Virus record (IMG/VR): IMGVR_UViG_3300023174_002543
Location: 124,001-188,000 of that record
Strand: one strand, 5' to 3'
DNA: 64,000 nt
Below are positions 1 to 12,000 of the stretch, piece by piece. A program made the position numbers and the translations under genes. Below the pieces are notes generated by a model, which was not told the origin of the DNA, made no database searches, and worked only from the letters and a program-made list of their open reading frames with translations. Each line of letters opens with the position of its first letter. The stretch's first letter is position 1.

Positions 1-1
1 A

Positions 2-3000
2 ACAGTTACAAATAATAATGTGATATTATCAACGTATACCAATCCGTATACAACAATGAAGTTGCCATTCTTATTAAGTGCTCAAAATGGATATGGTATC
101 AATGCCGGCACCGTAGTAAGAGATAATAGTATATTTAACACTTCATTACAAAGTACCAGCACTAGTTATGTAACATATATGGCTGCAGTAAGTCCTTTTG
201 GAGTGACCCCCACTCTACTAGTTGGTCAATCAGCCATGCAACGTGATGAAAGTATCAACAGCCTAGTTCCACAAACAATTACCACAACAGCCACAATAAT
301 GCCTTATGTAACACCATTCAGTGGTAATGCAGTTGCATTTAACGGCAGTACAAGTTATATTACTGGTACTAACTTATACAACAGTTTGGGCGGGGACTTC
401 ACAATTGAATTCTTTATGATGGCAGGTCCACAAACTGCTACAGTCGGTGGATTACTGTTAGGCAGAAACATAAGCTGGTCTACTACAAATAATAATTATT
501 ATATCATGTGTAGTTCACCCGGTGGAGTTGGGAAAAACTCATTACAAACTATACAAATTTATAACCCGCTTATTAGTATAACTTCACCTGTGTATTTAGG
601 ATTAACCTCGGTTTGTGATAGCAAATGGCATCATATTGCTATTGTAAGAATTAATGGTATTGTAAAAATATACATCGATGGAGTATTAGATACAAGTCCG
701 TTTAGTAGCTTTGCGAATACGGGTATTTGGGACTATAGCAATTATACTATTGGTAGTAATCCAAATGACGCTGGGTCAACAGTAGCCCAATTAGCATACA
801 ACGGTATGTTAAGTAACTTGCGTATTATTAATGGTACCGGTATTTACACAGGCACGTTCACCCCTCCTACAAATAACTTAACAACATCACAATCTAGTAG
901 AACAAATGTTGTTCAATATACATCAACAACACCAAGTTCAACAGGTTATAGTTTGCAATTTAATTCAGCGACTGGTAGTTATCTAACTACAACCTATTCC
1001 CCTGTACTAAGTTTAGGAACAAATGACTATACGATTGAGTTCTGGCACTTCTTATCAGGTAAATCAGCAGCAAATCAACCTTGTTTGTTCAGTAATGCTA
1101 ATAGTTCTAGTGCTGGCGTTTTAAATATGTATGCCGGACATGCTAGTGCCAATGTACTAAAATATCAACTTGCATTTAACACTCAGTCGGTAATAGCTAC
1201 TTATATAACCATGCAAAGTGTATCAAATATCATCTATGGCAAGTGGACACATATTGCATTGGTAAGAAGATCAGGGGTTGTGTATCTATATATTAATGGT
1301 ACACTTGATTCTACTAGCGGTTTAGGTAATTATTCTGTATACAGTTCTCAATGGTACATAGGTAATGATGTGACAAATTCAGCTTTAGGATATATTTCTG
1401 GCTTCATCAGCAACTTCCGTGTCACAAACGGTCTAGCAGTTTATACCGGTAACTTTACAGTACCAACTAGTGCATTAACAACAACACAAAGTTCAGGTAC
1501 AAACATTGCTGCAATAACCAATACAAGTCTGGCTAATGGTGGTGCAATATCTATTGTAGCCAGTGGTTCACAATATATAAATACCACCATGGTATTAACA
1601 ACTGCAACCACTAACATGACAGTTGAGGCTTGGGTAAATTTCACTTTATTCCCAACGTCAAATACTTGGATAGGTGGCACTGCAACTATTTTTAGTACAA
1701 GCGGTAATAGTTATTCAAGCGGTATACATTTTGTATTAGGTTCAACTAATATATATGTTGTAATAACAAATACTGTATACGGTGGTTATGCACACAACAT
1801 GGTTGCTGGAACTTGGTATCATCTTGCGTATGTTATAAATAACGGGGTCGTTACATTCTTTATAAATGGTATTTCTGTGGGTAGTATATCAGGTATCCCT
1901 GTTACTTTTGGAGCACCTAGTTATTCTGTAATAGGTGCATCTGATACCAGCGGATCATATGGTATCGGTAGTATTGGTGGCGGTAGCGTTGGGTACATTA
2001 GTAACCTAAGAGTATTAAAAGCAACTGCATTATATACCGGTAACTTTGTACCAAGCACCAGCCCACTAACTAACACCCAAAGTGCAGTAACTAATATCAG
2101 TGCAATCACAGGCACAAATACAAGTTTATTGTTACAAAGTTCTGCTACAACTGATGCAAGCGCAAATGCATTTACACTAACAGTTGGCGGAAGCCCAAGC
2201 GTTAATACTTCTGTGTTCCCCAAGTTTACAGTGACAAATGCATCTAGTGCATACTTTCAATCAAACGGAATTACTACTCAGTATGCATCACTAAGAGCTC
2301 CTACTGCTACTAGTATTCTTGGCACAGGTACATTTACAGTTGAATGCTGGATATATCCTATACCATTCTTGGCAGCTACATCAGCATATCAAGTTATTAT
2401 AGATAATGATACGGCTTCAGGATTAAATGCATTTAGTATAAATCCAAATGGTACTATATTTTACGGTCTAACTCTTAGTACAGTATTAGGAACAACCTCA
2501 TCGCTATACACAGTAAAATTTAATGCTTGGAATCATTTAGCATTGGTGAGAAATGTTACACCGGCGTCAAGCATAGCAACCATATATATTAATGGTGTAG
2601 CAGGATATGCCGGTACAGATACTACAAGTTATAACGGCGGTATTGTTCGTATAGGTACTCAGCGTTCAGGCATTACATTCCCTTATACAGGCTATATATC
2701 TAATCTAAGAATTGTTAATGGTGTTGCTGTTTATACAAGTAATTTTACAACTCCTACAGCACCTTTAACTGTTACTCAAAGTGCAAACATTAACGGTAAC
2801 CCAAGTACTGCACTAGCAATTAATACATATGCAGGCAATTTTAACGGTACTTCACAATATCTAACAGTTCCTACTAGTGCAACTGCAAACGTGATACCAT
2901 TGATATTAGGTAATAGTAATTTTACTATTGAATGTTGGATTTATCCATTAACCTCAAGTCAAAGTACATGGTTTATTGATTTTAGACCTACTATAGAGGG

Positions 3001-6000
3001 TGCATATCCTGCATTAGGATTAACTAGTGGTACAATTTATTATTTTGTTAATAGTGCAACTAAAATCACTGGGTCAGTTGCTGGCTTGTATCAATGGACT
3101 CATGTAGCAGTAGTAAGAAACACCAATATAACTACACTATATATTAATGGCGCCGGTGTAGGTTCATTCACTGATACTACAACATATCTGCTTAATCAAA
3201 ATGTAAGCCCTCCGGTCATAGGTACATATGGTGTTACACGTGGTGGTACTGGATTTGTTGGCTATATAAGCAACGTGCGTATTGTTAATGGTACATCGGT
3301 ATATAATAGTGCGTTTACACCCCCTACTACTCAGTTAACTGCTACTCAAAATGCAGGAACAAATATCAGTCCAATTGGCTCACTAATAACTACCAATGGA
3401 TATTATAGTAATTTCTTCAATGGTTCTACAAGTCAATATTTGTCAGTGCCAGGGCAAGCCTTAGTATTTGGTACCCTACCATTTACAGTTGAAGTTTGGA
3501 TTTATACAACATCTCAAAACGGACCGGCAATTATCGATAACATGATAAGCACATCAGGTTCATATTCTATTGGACAGTGGTACTTTGCACTTACTACTAC
3601 TACAGGGTATCCAGTATTTTATTATGCAACAGGTGTTTCTACTCTTGTTACAATTACTTCTGCCATAAGTGCTCCTATCGGTCAATGGACTCATCTTGCT
3701 GCAGTAAGAACGGGCACAGGTACAAATGGATTCACTATTTACGTTAACGGTCTTGTAGGTGTAACTACAACAATAAGTGCTTCAATAGGTGCATTTAATA
3801 CAACCACTTCAAATACAATTGGGTTGATGACAAGTCCTAGAAATGCACCCGTAGCAGGATTTCTATCTAACGTAAGGGTAACAACTGGTTTAGGCGTATA
3901 TACAGGAGTATTCAGCCCGCAATTCACACCACTGACTAACACTCAAAGTATAGTAACTAGTACACAAAGTAGTTTACTAGCATTGCGAACAACTTCTATC
4001 ATTGATGAAAGTACGAATGCATTTACATTAACATCAGTTGGCTCACCCGCAACAAGTGGTAGCGTAACACCGTTCGTAACAACTAATGGATACAGTGTAT
4101 TGTTTACACCTAATCAATTCTTGGCTGCAGCCCCATTGAGTAGTATATATCAAGTGTTTACCGGGGATTTTACTGTTGAATTCTGGGCATACTGTACAAA
4201 TTCTTCAACTGTTAATTGTTTGTTTATGAATTACAATGGAACAAGTGATATCAGTTTCTACATGGGTTTTACCCCCGTTGCAGGGCAACTCAGTTATGGT
4301 GGCTATAATACATACACTACATTAAGTGCAGCAGCCACATCTGTATTGTTCAACGTATGGACACACATTGCATATGTTAGAATTAATAGTGTCGAAACTG
4401 TGTATTTTAACGGTGTCTCTGTATCAACAAGTACACGTACTTTAAACTTTGCCACCGGTACTTTATATGTTGGTATTAATCCAGCAATTGGTCAATACTT
4501 CAGCGGCTACATGAGTAATTTTAGAGTTATTAAAGGACTCGGTGTTTATACTGGTAACTTTACACCTTCTACTACCCCATTAACTACAACGCAAAGTTCA
4601 AGTACAAACATTCAAGCAATTACAGGTACGGCACCTGCAAACGGTAATAGTGTTAATTTTAATGGTAGTTCATATTTGAATACTACTGGTAATAGTCAAC
4701 TTGAATTTGGTAATAATACATATACGATTGAATTTTGGTTCTATCTTACTTCAGTATCAGTATATCAACATCTATATGATTTAAGAGGTTCCGGTCCCAA
4801 TAACATAGCATCTTATGTTTATTGCCAAACTAATGGCTCTATATATTATGGCATTGGTAGTAATACGACAGTAATACCAGGATCAAGTACTGCTGTTGCT
4901 GTACAAACATGGTATCATCTAGCGATTGTAAGAACGAGCCAATCAACCAATGGCGTTACTATGTACTTAAACGGTATAAATGTTGGTGTTGGTACTGATG
5001 CTAATACTCATTTACAGTACGGATTACGTTTAGGTGCAGCTAGTCCCTCAGCCACAGCGTTTGCTACTGGTTACATGAGTAACTTTAGAATATTGATTGA
5101 TACTGCTTTGTATACAAGTAATTTTGCAATGCCAAATAATACATTAACTGCAATAACAAACACTAGAGTACTAGCATTACAAAATTCAACCACCACGGAT
5201 GCAAGTGCAAATAATTTTACATTTACTGCAACCGGTACAGTAACATTAACTACAACAATATCACCGTATATTTATACTACTAATTGGTTGATAATGCAAA
5301 ATTCACCTACTACTGATGCAAGTATTTATAATTCAACCCCTAGCAATTCAGGCGGAGCCGTTATTTCTATAAGGTCTCCCTTTATAGTAACTAACGGATA
5401 CAGTACACAGTTTACAGGTAGCAGCCAATATATTCAAGCGCCAAGCGATGCAGCGTTTACATTTGGTACAAATGACTTTACAATTGAAGGTTGGATATAT
5501 CTAAGTACCAATACATCAACTGGTACACTTTATGATGGTAGAACTGCAACTAACTCACTTAGCCCGGTAATTTATATTGATTCCAATCGAGTATACTATG
5601 CAGTTGGTAGTACTATTGTTATTACTGGAAGTTTTATAGCGTCTGCAACTTGGTATCATATTGCAATATCTCGTTTTTCAGGTAGTACAAGTTTATATGT
5701 AAACGGTCTACAAACAAGTAACATATATGCAGATACTAATAACTATGTAATTGGCGCACCGTATATTGGTACTGGATATAACTCAAGCAACCCATTAACA
5801 GGTTATATCAGTAATATTCGTGTAGTTAAAACTGCATTGTATAATAATAGTTTTATTCAATCAACTGTACCACTAGTTGCTACAGTAGGTGGAAATATCA
5901 GTGCGATTTCGGCACTTACTGCTACTAACGGTTATTATGCTTCTGCGTTTGGCGGTGCTAACGGTCTATCAATATCAACTGTAAGTGCTATATATGCATT

Positions 6001-9000
6001 AGGAACAACATATACAATTGAGATGTGGCACTATAGAATGAGCAACACATCTGCTGGATCATTTACAAGTGCATTGATACTAGTTGGAACAACAAATCTT
6101 GGAACTGCTTGTACAGGATTCCTACTTACATACAACACCAGTGGTGTTATTAATTTCTTTGACAGTAGTAATGCCACAGTAATTAACTACGCTAATGCAA
6201 CTACTAATATACCGTTGTATACTTGGACACATATTGCTGTAGTACGAAATAGCACCACAACAGTTACATTATATGTTAACGGTGTTAGCGTTGCAACAGG
6301 AACTAGTTCAGCAACTCAAGCAACTAACTCATCTGTATTCATAGGTGGTGATACTGCTAATCAAGGTAGATTTACAGGATATATAAGTAATTTACGTATT
6401 GTTAAAGGTGTAGCAGTATATACTGGTGCATTTACAACACCCACTGGTCCTCTATCTACTATTCAATCTAGTGGTACAAATATTTCTGCATTAGTTGGAA
6501 CAGAAACAAGTTTATTAACATGCCGAAGTTCAACTATTGTGGACAACAGTACAAACAGTGCCACAAACACTATTACAAATACCGGTATAGTTGGTACAGC
6601 AATTGCTATTGGATTGTTTGGTAATAACTCCGGTGTAGTATTATTAACCAGTCAAAGTTCAACTATAGTTGATAATAGTGTTTATGCAGCTCCAATGACA
6701 AATACTGGATCAGTTCTCATTCAGCCAGTAATTAACTTGTATGCAAATAAGGGCGCAACACAATTATTAGCACTACAGACTAATAATAATGTAACATTAG
6801 ATACCAGTATCAATGCATATGCTCTTGTAAATAATGGTACTACAACTACATTGCCTGCAGCAGGATTATTTGGTACAGCAGTCGTTAATTTGTTAGCACT
6901 ACAATCATCATTGACTACTGATGCCGGTTATTATGCAACTACACTAACACCAAGTGGATTGGTACAGTTTGATGCACTATCACCTTATGCAGCACTCAAC
7001 GGTAATAGTATATTCTTTAATGGTGATAACCAATATATTCAGGCACCAAGCAATGCTGCGTTCACATTCGGCACAGGTGACTTTACTATTGAAGGTTGGA
7101 TATATCTAATTGGTAATACTAAAACGGGTACATTATATGACGGTAGAACTGGTTTAACTACAGTAAGTCCGCAAGTCTATATAAACAATAATATTGTATA
7201 CTACGCAGTTGCCAATGTTAATCGTATTACCGGACCTACAATAAATATTGCTACCTGGTATCATATTGCAGTAGTAAGAATTTCAGGCATCACAGAGTTA
7301 TTTGTTAATGGTAATCAATTTGGTATCGATTATATTGATACTAATAACTATGTTATTGGATCCCCTCTAATTGGTCAAGGTTATAATAATAGTAATTCGC
7401 TAATAGGATACATCAGTAATGTACGTGTAGTTAAAGGAACCGGAGTATATGTAAGTCGATTTATTACACCTATAACAACACTAACAAATACACAGGCCAG
7501 TAGCACAAATACAAAAGCATTAGTTGCATTACCTACTTCAGGTTATTACAGTGGTTATTTTGGTTCAACTACACAAGCATATTGTGTCGTTACTACACCA
7601 ACAACTATGCTTACACTATCAGGTAGTGCATTTACAATTGAAGCATGGGTATACTTTACTGATTGGGGAAATGTTGTTAGTCTTGTGTATGGTGCAGGAT
7701 TCTTTAGTACTGGAAACAGTGCCGGCTTTAACATTGTCTTTGCAGGCACAGTTTCTTCATATACCGGTGTAACAATATATGCAGCAAGTGGTACGGTAAA
7801 CAACTTATTTCCCTATGCTTTCCAATTAGGCACATGGTATCATGTTGCGGTTACAAGAACCATTAATGGATTATACAACGCATTTGTCAATGGAACAAAT
7901 ATAGGAAATTATACTAGTACTAGTACTTGGGTAGATCCTACAAGTCAAAGCATAGCACTTAGTTATTCGCCAAGTGCCTATTATTTCTCTGGCTTTATAA
8001 GTAATCTTAGAATTACAATGGGTCAAGCAATATATATCGGTACTTATGCATCATTTACACCAAGTACTAATATATTGACAACCACACAAAGTGCAAATAC
8101 AAATGGTAGTCCAAGTCTTGCAATTGCACAGTCAACTAGTGCCGGTTATTATAATTTAGGGTTCGTTGGTAATGCTTCACAATACTTGACATTATCTGGT
8201 GCAGGACATGTATTTGGTATAAACCCATTCACTATTGAATGTTGGGTATATGCAATAAGTTTTGCCACCAATATGCCAATAATTGATAACTTTACTAGTA
8301 ATACAGCAGGTTCATATATTATTGGTAGTTGGAGATTATATTTGAGTGCTACCAGCGGTGTACCTACTTTTATATACGCAACTAGTGTTTCTGCAACTAG
8401 TGCGTTTAGTACATTGATTGGGCCCTCACTAAAATCATGGACACATATTGCAGTGGTAAGAACTAGTGCAAGTGTTGGTGGATTTAATATATATATCAAC
8501 GGAGTATCAGGTCAAGCAAATACCCTAAGCCAATCGATTGGTGCAGTCAACAGTAATACACAAATTGGTGCAGGTAAGGATGGTTACCCATTCAATGGAT
8601 ATATTACCAATATAAGATTAACAAATGGCGTGGCATTATATACTAATTTGTTTGTACCACAAACTACACCTTTCACTGCAATACAAACGGCACAAACTCC
8701 TGTTATAAGTTCATTGTTGGCATTACAAAACTCTGTTACAACTGACGCAAGTGCGAATACATTTACATTAACTGCTACAGGTAGTCCAACTGTTAGTTCA
8801 ACCGTTGTTCCTTATATGCCAGTTACTAACGGATATAGTGTTTACTTTAATGGTTCTAGTTATGTATCATTAACCACGCAAACTGCTTTTGGACTAGGTA
8901 CAGGGGACTTTACAATTGAAGTATGGATATATCCTACTCTAAATCCTGCTAACGGTATAGGTGCAATTGCTGACTTTAGGACAGGTGCCACTGCAACTGC

Positions 9001-12000
9001 TACATCAATAAGAATTAATAATGCTAGACAACTACTGTTTTATGACGGCCCACAAAATAATGATGCTATATTTACCAATACTACTGTTGCTCTCAATCAA
9101 TGGAGTCATATTGCTTATACAAGAATAGGTAATTTAGTTACTGGATACATCAACGGTGTAGTTGCTGGATCAGTGGCAGTAACTAGTAATTTAGGATCAA
9201 CTCAACCAATATGGATTGGTAATAATCAAACTGCTGGTTATAATTTCAATGGTTACATGAGTAATTTCCGCCTAGTAAAGGGTCTAGCAGTATACACCGG
9301 TGCATTTACTCCTCCAACAAGTCCATTAGCAACTACACAAAGTTCAGGTACAAATATTGTTGCACTACCGGGTGGTAGTACTACATTCTATAATTCATTC
9401 AACGGTACTAGTCAATATTTAACTACACCAAATAATACTGCATTCTCATTGAGTGGTGGTAGTTATACAATTGAATTATGGGCATATTGGAATAACATAT
9501 CCGGCGAGCAAGTAATCATTGAACGCTTTACTGCTGCCAGCGGTCCGGGATATACACTATATAAAACCGGTGGACACCAAATTCAATTGTATGGAAGCGC
9601 CACGGTAGTAACCAGCACTAGTACACTAGTAGCCGGAACTTGGTATCATATTGCAATATCTTATAATGGAACAAACACACGTGTATTCATTAATGGAACA
9701 CAAGAAGCTACTGCCACTTTAAACATCACAGACTCAGCTTCTCCACTAGTTATAGGTTCTCGTAATAGCGGAGCAAGTGCTTTCTTCAATGGATACATTT
9801 CCAATATAAGAATAGTAAAAGGTGTTGCAGTTTATACCGGTAACTTTACAGTACCAACTGCCCCATTAACTGCTACGCAATCTAGTGGTACAAACATCAG
9901 TGCTATTACTGCAGGTCAAACTGTATTACTAACTTGCCAAAGTTCACTCATTGTTGATAATAGTGCATCGTTGGTGACATTCACAAATCCGCTTGGTGTG
10001 ACAACTACACCTACATCATTGACACCTGTCTATGTACAATTGTTAATGTTACAAAATTCAGTGAATAATGATGCAAGTGTTAATAGTTTTAATGCAGGTA
10101 TTACCGGTACTCCAACAGTTAACACTACTAACATGACATATATGCCGTTCGTTAATACTAACGGACGTAGTGTACGCTTTACAGGTAGTACTCAGTATAT
10201 CAACGCACCAAGTAATGCGGTATATACATTTGGTACAGGTGACTTTACTATTGAAGGTTATATATACTTGGCTAGCGGCACTAGTGGCACATTGTTTGAT
10301 AACAGAACCGGCGCAACAACTGTTAGCCCACAAATTTATATAACTGCAAGTACCATTAATTATGCAGTATCTGGTACAAGCGTTATAGTAAGCCCAACTA
10401 TATTCTCTAGCACATGGTATCATGTTGCCGTAGTAAGAATATCAGGCGTTACTATACTATATGTTAATGGTATACAAGCAGGTGTTTCATATACAGATAG
10501 TAATGATTATGTAATTGGTAGTCCATTCATTGGCACAGGTTTTGGCAGTAGTAATCCATTGAATGGATATATTAGTAACTTGCGAGTAGTCAACGGCACT
10601 GGATTGTATACTAATACGTTTGTTGTTCCTACTATACCATTAACTGCAAATGCAGTAAGTAGTGTTATAACTAATCTACCCGCACCAATAACTAGTAATG
10701 GATATTATGCTACTGCATATTCAGGATTAACAAGTCAATATCTATCAGTACCTGGTACACCGTTTGTATTCAGTACTAATGCATTTACAGTTGAATGCTG
10801 GGTTTACATAAATTCATTAGCCGCACAACAAACACTAGTTGATAATTTCGTAACCGGACCTAGTGGATCGTTCACGCCAAATCAATGGCAACTCTATATT
10901 ACAACTAGTGGTACAGTTGCCTTCAACTATGCAACCAATGCATCTACAGTATTGACTCCAACAACTACAACTACGGTAAGTCTTGGCGTATGGACACATA
11001 TTGCAGTAGTTAGAACAAGTACAAGTACAAATGGATTTGTAATTTATATCAATGGTATTGCAGGTGTAATTGGTACAGTAAGTTTTGGATTAGGTGTTAA
11101 CGTAACAAGTAGTATAGGTATACAAACTTATAGTAAAACATTACCTATGACTGGCTTTATAAGTAATTTAAGAATTACTAACTTGGCAGTTTATACAGGT
11201 ACGTTTACTCCACAAACTTCCCCATTATCGTTAACTCAAGTAGGTGGTAGTTCAACTAACGCAATTACCGGTACTCAAACATCGTTATTAGTATTACAGA
11301 ATACAGTTACAACTGATGCAAGTACAAATAATTTAACATTAACCGCAACTGGTAATCCAGTTATCTCACTAGTTATATCGCCGTACCCAACATCAGTAGC
11401 TAATAATTATAGTGCAAGTTTTAACGGAACTACAACGCAATATCTAATTACATCGGCACAAACAAGTTCTACATATTTTGGTACAGGTGATTTTACTATT
11501 GAAGCATGGGTGTATTTAACATCAACCCCCTCACAGAATGCATCAATTACTTGCGTTAACGCTGATTGGCAAATAAGTTGGAACGTAAGTGGTTTCTGTT
11601 TCATGCCTGACGGGTCTGTTAGAAAAGTCAATACAAATAACTTAGCAGCCATATCAAATAATACATGGTATCATGTGGCATTTACTAGACAATCAAATAC
11701 TCTTAAATCATATTTAAATGGTGCCTTGGCAATGACGGATACAGATTCTGGAAATTATACTAGTTTAAACGGTATTCGCATTGGTGCAAATAGAAGTAAC
11801 AACGTAGGATTCCCCGGATATATCAATAATTTACGTATAATTAAAGGTACTGTGGTCTATACTGGTAACTTTGCTGTACCTACAACTGCATTAGGAATTA
11901 TACAAAATTCAAGTACTAACATTTCTGCATTAACTGGCAGTGAAACAATATTATTATCTGTACAATCTAGTACAATTACTGATAATTCTCTTACTGGCTT